From Guillardia theta CCMP2712 (Eukaryota > Protista > Cryptophyta), in the NCBI RefSeq assembly GCF_000315625.1, contig NW_005434605.1, positions 362,407-426,406 on the forward strand: 64,000 nucleotides of DNA, in the 5' to 3' direction. The position numbers were made by a program, and so were the translations under genes. The notes below the pieces were generated by a model, which saw only the letters and a program-made list of their open reading frames with translations, ran no database searches and was not told where the DNA came from. Below are positions 43,149-55,000 of this stretch, piece by piece (the stretch's first letter is position 1; every line of letters begins with the position of its first letter).

Positions 43149-44072
43149 ATGTCGACATGGAACGAGTTCACAGATGAGGCCATCAAGGTTTGTGTTCAGG
43201 CATGCAAACACAGAAAAAGGACGCGGTCTACTTCAGTGCGTTCCTCTTCAACTTCCGCCAAACGACCGAAGACGATGCCTGAGAAGGATGAATGCTCTCC
43301 GGTTGCCAGGAGTTTGGAGTATGCAGAATCCCCTTACTTCAACTCGGCGTTTCCGTTGCCAGAGCCGCCTTCCAACTACGTCTTGGAAGAAGACGAAGCT
43401 CTCGTCAGCGAAGCCTCCAGACGGATTGTTGAGTTCAACCGTTTGCTCCGCTCCTTAGAGGAAGGCCCTGTCTATGCAGGAGGACTAAGCCGTTATTTCA
43501 TCTCGGAGCTTCTTCGCCGAATCAGAGCAAGCGAGAGCGATTCCGCTCCTGCGGCTTCTGCATTTGCCATCCACACGTTGCCGACCACAGAAGCTACCGG
43601 TAGTGAGACATCGATTGCGTGTGTGATATGCCAAGAGAACTTGAGTGGCACCCTCAAGCACATGCCCTGCTCGCATGGTTTCCATCAAGATTGCCTGGAA
43701 AAGTGGTTGCAACAGCACAACAGCTGCCCGACTTGTCGTTGTGAAATCGAGTCGTGCTGTCCACGATACAACACGTTTAACAGAAACAAGATCCGTAGTG
43801 TAGTTCGTGCAGAGGCGATGTACGATGAGAACTATCTCACGGAGACTCGTCCTCAGGATGTGATGCTTTCAGTCTGCAACAACGCTAGTGCACAGGAGCC
43901 TTCCGTTCTTCTTTCAAACGAGCAAGAGACTCACAATGGCGAGGACGAAGCTTCAGAAGAACAAGTCATTGCACGATACCGCCAGTCTCTTGTTTCTGTC
44001 AAGCCTGTGATGATACAGTCGCGTGATGCTGACTTCTTGCATCTCCACAGAGATGACGAATTCTTTTTCTGA
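43149..44072 (+). CDS. RING-H2 E3 ubiquitin ligase, single exon
   Basis: CVICQE..MPCSHGFHQDCLEKWLQQHNSCPTCR (C3H2C3 pattern). Confidence 0.9.
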   Translation: MSTWNEFTDEAIKVCVQACKHRKRTRSTSVRSSSTSAKRPKTMPEKDECSPVARSLEYAESPYFNSAFPLPEPPSNYVLEEDEALVSEASRRIVEFNRLLRSLEEGPVYAGGLSRYFISELLRRIRASESDSAPAASAFAIHTLPTTEATGSETSIACVICQENLSGTLKHMPCSHGFHQDCLEKWLQQHNSCPTCRCEIESCCPRYNTFNRNKIRSVVRAEAMYDENYLTETRPQDVMLSVCNNASAQEPSVLLSNEQETHNGEDEASEEQVIARYRQSLVSVKPVMIQSRDADFLHLHRDDEFFF

Positions 44073-44155
44073 TTGTTTTGTGAATACCGTGATTATTCTT
44101 TGGACTGTAGAGAAAAAATCTAGCAAACCTCGGGATTTAATAAATTGCAACTCTC

Positions 44156-45675
44156 TCACGCAGCAATCACGTATCTTGAGACTCCTTCTTTTGTGATACT
44201 CGATTCCAATACAAGCAGCGACAACGCACTCTCAATGCTGCGATGCCCTACAAAGCTACAGGAGGTCAAGGAAGCAAGTTTGATGTCGCAGGAGACGCAC
44301 CGAAGCGACGGATGGTCCTGCACGCCTTGGATAATCTCGTGCAGGGCAATGGATAAGGGAGAGTCGAAGGAAGCAAGTTTCTACAAGAGGATGGTGAGCC
44401 GATGGCGAGGAGGCGAAAGCGTACCTTCAAGTACTGCAGGAGAGTCTTGGCGACTTCTTTGGTGGTCCCAACGTAGGTGTAAAGGTCCTGCTCTTGATCA
44501 CAGAGTGCTATCCAACCCTGAGAGACTCGTAAGGTCTTGCAAGAAGAATTCAAACTGTCTACGTCTTTGCGCAGCCTTGCAATAGAGTGTGCCACTGAAG
44601 CACGAACTCGGAAAGCCTCGAAATTGGGAGAAGCTTTCGGCGGATTAAATCTGTACATCCAAGTGTTAACCTTGCTTGAAAGCTGCGACATCAAGCGCTG
44701 TACTGCAATGCAGAGGCTGCTCGAACAACTTCATGATCTTGGAGAACCCTCTCAAACGAGAAGATGCAGTTGTCACAGCTATAGCTTGACGCAAACTTCT
44801 TGATCGCTTCATCCAACTTCATAGCAGGAGTTTCCACCACAAGAAGAGCCTCTTCCATCTCGTCACACGCCGCAGAACGTTGCTGGCCGAGTTCGCTGGA
44901 CGAGAATTTTCCCCGTTTGGACCTCACCTGAGGTTGCTCAAGATCTGTAGCAAGATCAGGAATTTCGTTGCAGAGAGTGTTTGCTTTGGAATAGTGATTC
45001 AGATGAAGGTCCACCATCTTCAATGGATTGTCAAGACTCGAAGTAGCAAGAAAGGACGTACCTTCACCCAGAAGTACGACATCGCATCGACATTCTCTTC
45101 AATGGAGGCGAACCAGACAGAAAGCTGAACCTTATCAAAGAATCAGATTGAGCGCGTCAAGGACGTGTCCGCCCTTCCCCTCCCTTGCCAGGCTCCGCTC
45201 ACCTCTCCTCGGTACTGAGAGAGCTTCCCTCCAACGTGCAGGTGCTTCCCCAACTTCACTCTACAAGACTATCACACGACAAGATGTCAGCTACACCTTA
45301 CCCTTCATAGCCGAGCCCAGGCTTCATGGCGTCGGACTTCCAGAGGATGCAGGTGATGATGTCGCTCGAGTCATCGAGCTTGAACTCAACGAAGTTGTCG
45401 CGGTCCTTTACCGCCACCACATCTCCTAGCAGCCGAACTCTTGAAATCACTCGGTTTCTTCCCACCACCATGATCCCCACCCCCTCGCTCCCTCTTCGTG
45501 CTGGCAGCTCTCCATCAGCAGCGCATACGAGCCCGTGCTTGGTCACCATGCGCGAGTAGGCGGAGTGGACCATGGAAGCCGTGACGGGCACCATTGTGTT
45601 CCACAAAGGGTCTGAACCCCAACTGTGTATCGGAGGGACCTCGTCCACACGCTGGTACATCCGAAGCCCGAGCAT
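44156..45675 (-). CDS. STN1: CST complex subunit STN1 (OB fold + winged-helix region), multi-exon
   Basis: WGSDPLW, ISRVRLLGDVVAVKDRDNFVEFKLDDSSDIITCILWK, VKLGKHLHVGGKL, and C-terminal GWIALCDQEQDLY...IESALSLLVLESSITKEGVSRYVIAA*. RPA2 is the less likely alternative. Confidence 0.78.
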
Positions 45676-45829
45676 CGCTTCAAGGTTGCGGGTTGAGGTG
45701 CCAGGAGACACGAGGTCTCATTTCACCCCCTGCCTCTCCGTTCCATCTCCACGTTCATCAAGGCGCGTGAGTGCTCAATGAACCGTGCTCTCCTCCTCCT
45801 GCCATCTTCTTCCTCTCCCCTCCCTCCCT

Positions 45830-45970
45830 CACTCACTCCCTCCCTCACTCACTCACTCACTCACTCACTCTTTCCCTCACTCCCTCCCTCCCTCACTCAC
45901 TCACTCACTCACTCACTCACTCACTCACTCACTCACTCACTCACTCACTCACTCACTCACTCACTCACTC
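45830..45970. repeat. (TCAC)n tetranucleotide repeat in the STN1/VPS41 divergent intergenic region
   Basis: Tandem array read directly from the sequence. Confidence 0.92.
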
Positions 45971-46037
45971 GCACTCCGCCTACCCACTTACGCGATCCCA
46001 TTTCTCTCCTGGCGGTACCATTGCAGATGAAACGTTC

Positions 46038-46073
46038 TGTAACGTTGAAAGTGTGTGTAACGATTTCTAACGG
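46038..46073. promoter_or_regulatory. Cluster of three TAACG motifs just upstream of the VPS41 ATG
   Basis: tgtaacgt, tgtaacga and ctaacgg. Function is inferred only. Confidence 0.45.
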
Positions 46074-46090
46074 TCGCTGATCTGGTGGCA

Positions 46091-49000
46091 ATGTCGGATC
46101 AGGAGCGATCACGAAACGGTGACCAGGGGGAGGAGATGGAGGAGGGGGAGGAGAAGGAGGAGGGGGAGAAGAAGGAGGAGGGGGAGAGGGACAAGGATGA
46201 GGAAGAAGCAGAGCAGGAGGAGGAGGTCACAGGAGGAGAGAAGAAAGATACAGACGCCGACAGAGAGAAAGGAGAGGCGGAAACAGGACCTGTTGCGGCA
46301 GGCGAGAATTCGAACATGGCGGAGAGTGATCGGGATGAAGAAGGAGAGGTCAAAGGTGACGAGGAAGACGACAAGGTAAGAGGGATGGCAGCTCGAACTC
46401 GCTGTCCATGATTGCTCCTTGATGATGTTGACATTAAACCTGTCTTACTTGATCCGATAGAGAGATTATCCTGGGGAGCCACACGACGTGAACTTGAAGG
46501 TGATGGCAGTCAGACTCTGCTCGAAGCTGAGCCAAAGATTGCAGCCGGAAGAGAATCAGAGCCAAGCTCGTGCTACGGAGGATCAAAATAATGCAGCAGG
46601 AACTGAGAAGTGTGAGGAGGAGGACGAGGACGAGGAGGAGGACGAGGACGAGGAAGGCGACGAGGATGAAGATGATCAAGAAGACGGAGACAGCTTGGGG
46701 GGTGATGACGAAGATGATGATGAAGAGGAAGAGGAACCCCGTCTAAAGTACCAGCGGCTTGGGAACAGCGTTTCTGATATCTTGAAACGAGAATCTGCAA
46801 GTGCCGTTCGCTTGCATGACAAGTTCTTGGCGCTGGGGACAGCAGAAGGATGGATCTACATCTTGGACTTCGATGGCAATGAGATTCGGCGGTTCGGAGC
46901 ACACACGGCGGTAGTGAACGACTTGAGGTGAGGCTAGGGTTAGCTGAGCAAGAACAATGACGTCATCCTCCCTTGCAGCATCGACCGCGCTGGAGAATTC
47001 ATTGCAAGCTGCTCTGATGATGGGACGGTGAGAGCAAGAAGCTGATGCTGGAGGAGGAGGAGGAGGAGGAGGAGGAGGAGGAGGTGAGACCCGTGCCTGA
47101 CCTGCCTCCTCAGGTCGTCATCAACGGGCTCTTCAGTGCAGAATGTGAAAGCTTCACTTACCAGCGGCCCGTGAAGTCCCTTGCACTCGACGCCAAGTTT
47201 TCGAGAAAGGGGAATCGTCACTTTGCCAGCGGCGGTCTGGCGGGACAGGTAGAAGGAGACAGGGAGGTCCTGCCAGTCGTTGACGTGAGCGGGTCAGCTG
47301 CTGCTCAACGAGAAGGGATGGTTCACGAGCAAAGACAAGGTCATCCATGCTGGTGAAGGACCAGGTTCCTCCCCTTGCCCTCTGCTCGAGACCTGCTGAC
47401 TTCTACTTGTAGTCTACTCGATCGCTTGGGCAGACTCGCTTATCGCATGGACCAACGACGTCGGTGTGAAGGTGAGGAGGAGGAGGAGGACACAGGGAAG
47501 GAGTTGATGGATTGCGACAGATCTTCGATAACGCGACCAATCAAAGGATCACCTACATCGACAGGTCTGACCCTCCCTTGCTTCTCGTCGCTGCCTCACG
47601 CAGTCGCAAGACCCAAGGGATCTCTTCGACCGGATGCGATGAAGTGCCACCTCTGCTGGGAGACTAACAACACCCTCCTCATCGGCTGGGCGGATTTCGT
47701 CAAGATCGCTCAGGTGCGGGTGCCTTCCGTCCCCTTGAAGACCTGAGGCGGAGGCGCTCAGGTCAAAGAGCGACCAGCTCGCGACGGCATGCAGGCGGCC
47801 AAGTACGTCGAGATCATCGCGTTCTTCCATACCGGTGAGCCTGCGACTCGTCGGGGAGGCTGAACTGAAGCAACGACGTTGATGGACCTGGTGATGACGC
47901 GCCTCTGGTTCAGATTACTTCATCAGCGGACTCGCTCCCATGGGTGAGAACCTGGTGATCCTCGCGTACATCACGGAGGAGGAAGGGAAGTCGAAGGGGC
48001 AGGTGAAGGATGGGAGGAGAGGGAGGAGGAGGATGAGACTTGTCGCAAGGCTGAAAGACCCGAGCTGCGTATCGTGACAAGGAACAACGACGAGGTGCTT
48101 GCTTGCTTGCGATCTACATGATGCATCCTCGCCTGTTGGTGCGAGAGAGATGATGATCTACGAGTGCAGCTGTCGTCAGACGCGCTCTCCATGCACGGAT
48201 TCGAGAAACTGACAGCAAAAGATTATCACCTGGCGTTCTTGGAATCAGATTCAGTTTTCTTCATCGTCTCCCCACGGTCTGAACTCGCTGACATGCGACG
48301 GCCACTGATGCTGCTGGCCTGTAGAGACATCGTGGTGGCGCGACAGCGAGACTTCGACGATCACGTCACATGGTTGCTCGATCGGAAGCTCTTCGAACAG
48401 GCGGTCACTGAAGCTGAGGAGAAGGTGAGGAGGGAGAGGGAGGAGGGAGAGGGAGGAGGGAGAGGGAGGAGGGTTTTTTGCTAGACTTGTCTGCTCATTT
48501 CATAATGCGCAGGCGAGTGTGTTGAAGCGACACAAGCTCCAAGACATCGGGGAGAAATATCTCGGTCAACTTATTGAGGCTCGAGAGTTCCAAAAAGCTG
48601 CTTCGCTCTGTCCCCGGTGAGGAGCAGGAGCAGGAGCAAGAAGAGAAGGAGCAGGAGAAGAAACAGGAGCAGGAGCAGGAGCAGGAGCAGGGGATTGGAG
48701 CTGACAAGGAGCTGGCAGTTTGTTGAGGGACAACGGCTCGCTATGGCACAAGTGGGTGGACGTCTTCTGCAAGATCCACCAGCACGCCGTCATCACCCCG
48801 TTTGTGCCTCTGAGAAGCCCCCAGCTCCACGTGCCTTCTGCCCCCCTCTCCTCCCCTCCTGACCTCGCGCCTTCAGATGGAGAGCTACACGACTATCCTG
48901 ATGTGCTTCCTCGAGGCCGACCCTCCCGCCCTCCTGCAACTCCTACGTGACCCTCTCGATCTGCTGGGAGGCTCCTGACGCCATGGCAGACGAGTGGCCG

Positions 49001-51283
49001 CACTCGCTCTACGACGTGCAGAAGATGATCGACGCGGTCAAGGCGAGGGTGGCGAAGATGCCGGAAGATGGGTGAGGGGAGAAGAGGGGAGCAGAGGAGG
49101 GCAGGCAGGCAGTAGGGGGGAGGTGAGGGAGACAGGAGGAGAGGTGACCTGAATCGACAGGACGCTGCTACAATCCCTGGCTCGTCTGTCAGTCAGTGCG
49201 GGCAAGTACAACGAGGCTCTGGACATCTTCCTCAGACTGCGATGTTCAGAGGTCCACTCCTTCCTCGCATCCTCAACCCTCAGTCTTCTCTCTTCCTCTC
49301 CTGCTCCCCCTCCTCCCACGCTCACGTCGAATACGAGCAGGAGGCGTTCGACCTCATCGAGAAGTTCGACCTCTACTCGTTCGTCAAGGGGAAAGTTGCC
49401 TCCCTCGCCAAGTTCGACGAGGATCGGGCGGTCAAGATGCTCGTCGGGTGTCCCGATCAGATTTCTCCCTCCTACGTGGTGGAGCAGGTGAAGCTGAAGG
49501 CCTACGGAGAGGCGGAGCTGACGAGCAGCAGCTGCGGGACAAGAGGAGCACCCTCCACGCCTACCTCGACGCTCTCTTCGACAAGGACCCTCGCGCTGGC
49601 GCAAACTTCCATGAGCTGCAGGTTGATGCTCCTCGCTCTTCCCTTCCTCCCGCCTCCTTGTGTTGCGCTTCCTCGGCCCTCCCCATCTCCTTCCTCCTCA
49701 TACGCTCTCGATGCTCCCTGACCTCCCGCACCGCGTTGAGTCTCCTCCTCGTCCTGAGCCTCGGGTCTACAGATCGAGCTGTACGCAGACTTCGACAAGT
49801 CGAAGCTCCTCTCCTTCTTGTCTCAGAGCAACAACTATCGGTCTCCTCCTCTCCTCCTCTTCCTCTCTCACCCGGTCCCAACAGCTTGGAGAACGCCCTC
49901 AAGCTCTGTGAGAACAGAAAGCTCTACCCGGAGATGGTCTTCGTGCTCGGTCGGATGGGCAACACTCAACAGGTGAACATCTCTCCTCTCCTCTCGCTCC
50001 GTTTTCTTGCTTCAAGCTGCTCTCCTCTTATCAGCTTTGTCCCTCCCCTCTTTCACCTGCGTGTTGCTGGCTCCCTCTCCTTTACTCTCTCCTCCTCTCT
50101 CGTCGTTTCAGCTTCAGCTTGCAGGCTTTGCGGCTGCTGCTCGAGCAGATGCAGGACGTTCCCAAGGCGATCGAATTTTGCCAAGCGCAGGTGAAGGAGG
50201 AGGGGAAGGAAGGGAGAGGAAGTCACGGGTGGTGAACCGAGGGAATGTCGAAGTTGGATTGGGATGGAAAAAAAGGGAAAACCGAGGGAAGGGNNNNNNN
50301 NNNNNNNNNNNNNNNNNNNNNNNNNNNNNNNNNNNNNNNNNNNNNNNNNNNNNNNNNNNNNNNNNNNNNNNNNNNNNNNNNNNNNNNNNNNNNNNNNNNN
50401 NNNNNNNNNNNNNNNNNNNNNNNNNNNNNNNNNNNNNNNNNNNNNNNNNNNNNNNNNNNNNNNNNNNNNNCGCCGCCGCCGCCGCCGACCACCACCACCG
50501 CCGCAGCAGCAGCAGCAGCAGACGACGACGACGACCTACAACGACCACCACCCCCCTCCTCCTCCTCCTCCTCCTCCTCCTCCTCCTCCTCCTCCTCCTC
50601 CTCCTCCTCCTCCTCCTCCTCCTCCTCCTCCTCCTCCTCCTCCTCCTCCTCCTCCTCCTCCTCCTCCTCCTCCTCCTACAGATGTCATTGCGTGAGGGCT
50701 GCGAGCGTATCTTACGGTCAGATGTTGTTCTCTTGGAGAGGCGGCTCAACAAGGTGAAGTTTGAGGAGGAGGAGGAGGAGGAGGAAAGTATCATATCGTG
50801 CTTTCTAACTTGCTTGCAGGCTCAGAGGAGGGCGACGAGGATCGACGGGAGGGTGAGTATGAGCAGGAGGGAGGAGCGGGTTACAGACTTGGTTGCCTGA
50901 CATCGCCCTCTCCCTCTGCTGCTGCAGACGCGATGCTGTTTGACAGGAGCGTCGCTGACGGGAGATGCGAGCGGGAGGTGCTCGCTGACGTCTCGTCGCT
51001 TGACCTCCTCAGCTCCATGTACGCAGGATCTTGTGGCCATACCCGGACCTGGTCGTCTTTCATGGCGGGAGAGTCTTCCAGGCACGGCTGCTCGCGCGTC
51101 GCTTCTGCTGATGCAGCCGCAGGAGGCAGCGCTGATCGATCACTGCTCGGACCCTCTCAACATGCAGGCGCTCATGGGCGCCGGTCCTGCACCCTCGCAG
51201 CCTGTGACGTGCTGACCCTCTCGCAGGCAAGAGCGGGAAGCTACAGGAGGGGGCGAGTGGAGGAGGTCAAGCGCCAGGGGTGA
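46091..51283 (+). CDS. VPS41: HOPS subunit VPS41 (acidic N-terminus, WD40, clathrin-repeat), many exons, spans a gap
   Basis: EEPRLKYQRLG, KFLALGT, ASCSDDGTV, LLIGWADFVKI, DYFISGLAP, SSDALSMHGFE, DIVVARQRDFDDHVTWLL and YPEMVFVLGRMGN. The 3' end is approximate. Confidence 0.92.
50294..50470. other. Assembly gap (177 N)
   Basis: Run of N. Confidence 0.99.
50555..50677. repeat. (CCT)n trinucleotide repeat, intronic, just before an acceptor
   Basis: Tandem array ending ..ctacag. Confidence 0.92.
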
Positions 51284-52025
51284 AGGGGACGGGGACTGGA
51301 GGAGATGGAGCAGCAGCAGCGAGGATTATCTTTCAGAAGGGCTTTCAGATCAAAGACAAGAGTCTGTACAAAGATGGCATGTTGCATGGAAGGGATTGGT
51401 GATCTAACTCTTGCGATTCATGAAAGATACAAGAACAAAGACTGCTCCTTCCTCTTTCTCCTCCTCATCCCTCCTCGTTCTTCTCCTCCCTCCCTCCTCG
51501 TTCTTCTCCTCCCTCCCTCCTCGTTCTTCTCCTCCCTCCCTCCTCTCTTCTTCCTCCCTCGCGCTCCTTTCCTGTTCCCTCAGCTTCTCCCCTGCCACTG
51601 CCACATCCTACCCGCCATGCGGCTGTTGATCCGTTTGCTCACAAGCTTCCCCGACTCTCCTAGCAGTGCCCCCTATTGAAAATTACTTAGAGTCTGACTC
51701 GAGAAAATGCTCCGGTAGAGGGCACCCTTGATAGCTACCACCTTTGACAAGGAACTGCCATGGCGCAGGGTCGGGAGGAGGAAGAGGGCAGGAGGGGGGG
51801 AGGGGAGGAGGGGAGGAGGGGAGGAGGACGAGGACGATTGAGAAGAGCAGAGGTGCTGATGAGGGAGGGAGGGAGGGGGAGCACATGAGGAGAGGAGAGT
51901 AAGGAACGAGAGGCAGAGGGGAGGAAAGACGAGAAGGTTGTAGAGCGGGACGATGGGAATTAACGCCATGAGGAGGAGGAATGGCAGAAGATTGAGTTGA
52001 GCAGCGATCGCTGTCATCAGCTAGG

Positions 52026-55000
52026 ATGGAGGATGATTCTCTCAACGGAGTCGAAGAGGAGGAGGACCAAAACAATGACAGCATGCAGCCCCCTGCTCCC
52101 CCGCACGACGAGACCGACACGGTTATCGCGGGCTCCTTGCTGTGGTTCCGCGGTCGCGTGCAGTCGATGCTGCGTCTTCGATCGGACAAGGTGGACAACC
52201 TCTTCGACAGGGCTCACTCCAAGCGCGTCTTCCTCGACTTCATCCGCGAGCCAGCGAGGCGACGGCTCATGGTATGGCCGGACGTACAAGATGAGCTGAG
52301 CGTGGGGTACGAGCTGCCGCCAGGCAACCAGCGCAAGTCCATCTTCTTCCTGAAGCAGCGGAGCTTCCGGGTAGAGGAGGACGGGAGCCTGTCGGGGATC
52401 ATGATCGGCGACCTGCCTGCGGACGTACTGGAGCATCTTTCAGTGATCTCGCACGAGGTGCTCTATCCCATCCTGGTGGCTGGGCGAGGGAAGGAGTCGG
52501 AGTCACTGAGCAAGGAGATTCTCGACGTCTTCCACAAGTTCCTCTCCCAAGTCTTCCTCACCGTCGGGCAGACGCAGGGGAAGACGCTGCTGCCGCTCCC
52601 CCCGCGAGACCCGAACCAGAAGGACGTGTCGGAGCAGAGAATCGTCAAGGATAAAGAGAGGGTCCACGTGCTGGAAAGCTGTGTGGTTACCTGGACGCAG
52701 CAGATCAGAAATGTGCTCAGGCACGAGCCTCCGACGTTCATCATCCCCGGGGAGAGCACCACAGGCTCCTCCTCCGAGTTCGCCTACTGGAGGAACCGAG
52801 CCAAGGACCTGACGTCGATCAACGAGCAGCTGTGCAGCAGCAAGGTGCAGAAGGTGCTGCAGGTGCTGGAGGTCACCAAGAGCACGTACGAGAAGCCCTT
52901 CCAGAAGCTCGTCAAGGAGGTGACGCTCGCCAAGCAGGAGGCCTGCAACATCGACCTCCACCTGAAGCCGCTGGAGAAGCTGCTCGCCGAGTATCGAGAC
53001 ACTCCCTTCACAGACATCGGTCGCATGTTCGCGCCCGTCATGCTCGCGCTCTCGCTCATCTACGCGCGTCCGACTCAGTTCGCCAACCCCGTGAGGCTGC
53101 AGAGCATCCTGGAGAAGATCTTCAACGACGTGATCTGCGCGGCCCTCAAGTTCGTCAATGGATCTCAAGTCTTCTCGTCCGATCCTGACGAGATGGAGAG
53201 TCGGCTCAACGAGACCATCGCCATCTTCGGGCAGCTGAGGCGAACCTACCTCGAGTACAAGGCGCGATCAGAGCAGTCCAAGGTGCCATGGGCCCTGCAG
53301 GACGAGCTTGTGTTCAACCTACCCGACCAGTTCGTGGAGCGATGCTACGACATGATCGACCTCGTGCAGATGACCTCGCGGTTCTCAACCCTCAAGTCTG
53401 TTCAAGTTGGCGGTGAGATGCGCATCTCGCGATCCATCGACCAGATCACCGCAGAGTTCCACGAGGCGCTCAAGCACGTGCAGGACACGGGGTACGACCT
53501 GCTCGACATCTCGGCGAGGAAATACGACGACGATTTCTTCGAGTTCAGGCGGATCATCCGAGACTGCGAGAGGCGGTTGGGCTCGCTGATCGCAGAGAGG
53601 ATGGAGGAGATTCACACGCTCTCCGCCTCCTTCAGCTTCCTTGCCTGCTTCGAGGGCATGCTCGACCGCAAGATCATCCAGGACAGCCTGGGCGAGCGAG
53701 AGCTGAGCTTGCTGCGAGCCTTGCAGGAGGAGGTGGAAAACGTGCAGGAGGCGTTCACTGGGGGCAAGGAGAACCTCCCTTTCTACTACAACATGCCCCC
53801 TCACGCCAGCCGCGTCCTCTGGAGTCGCTCCCTCAGCGATCGGCTACGAGGGCCCATGGAGTGTGCAAAACGGATGATAAGGAACGCGATGACGTCAGAG
53901 GCAGGGCAGGAGACTCTGAGGAGGTACGATGAGCTACTGGAGGAGCTCAAGGGCTTCGAGGAGGAGGAGATCAGGGCGTGGCTGGAGGGCATCGACTACA
54001 AGTTTGGGGAGAAGATGAAGCAGTCGCTGCTGATCCGCGAGATCGGATCGAAGCGACTCAGAGTGAACTTCGACGCAGGTGTCTGGGCCCTGCTGCGGGA
54101 GACAAAGTACCTCAGCCTGTGCGAGGTTGAGATCCCCGAGATGATCCGCGGGCTCTTTCAACGAGCTGAAATCTACCAGCAGCACGCGCGGAACCTGGAG
54201 ATCATCGTGAACGACTACAACGTGCTGCTGTCCTCCATGGCAGAGGTAGAGGCTCCCCTCATGTCGCAGAAGATGGAGCTGGTGGACGAGGCGCTGGAGG
54301 AAGGGATCGAGCACCTCAACTGGAGGAACCACTCCATCTCCTCCTTCCTCAAGAAGACCACCTCCTACATCACAGATGCGGCGGCGCTGCTGAAGCTGCT
54401 GCAGAAGAACGTGAACAAGGTCTGCAAGCTGCTGCAGGGCTGGTCCAACAGCAGCCTGCACTCGGTGAGGAAGAAGACTCTGGGAGCCGAGGAGTACCTC
54501 CAGTTCTACCAGCATGCGCTGGAGAGCCGTTACAACGGATTCCGAGAGGAGAGCCGGCAGATCCATGCGCTCATCGCTGAGATCCACCTGGCACTAGAGT
54601 TGAGCAGGGGAGACCCAGGCTGGAAGCACTACGTGACGCACGTGAACCAAGTGATCGTGGAGACGCTGAGAGCTGCAGTGCTCGACTCGCTCGACAGCAT
54701 CGTCAACATGCTCGACCCCTCCAAGAGGAAGGACTCCCTCCCTCCCATCGTCGAGATCCGGCTGGAGCTCATCGCCCCTGACGTGTTCTTCAACCCGGAC
54801 ATCGGATCCAACATCTCAGGCACAGGACTCGAGGACTTGCTCGAGCGCTGGATCGCCTCCTCTCTCGACGTCACTCACGTCCTGCAGAGGATCGACGGCA
54901 GTGACAGCACCTACTACAACGACGTGGTCGTCAGCTCCGAGGTGCAAGGAAGGATGGCGGAGATTCGGAGCCTGGCGGCGGGAGTGTTCAGGTCGCTCAA

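Noticed and set aside
50007-50900. Poly-Leu, poly-Pro, poly-Ser and poly-Arg ORFs
   Set aside because: Artefacts of the N gap and the intronic (CCT)n run.
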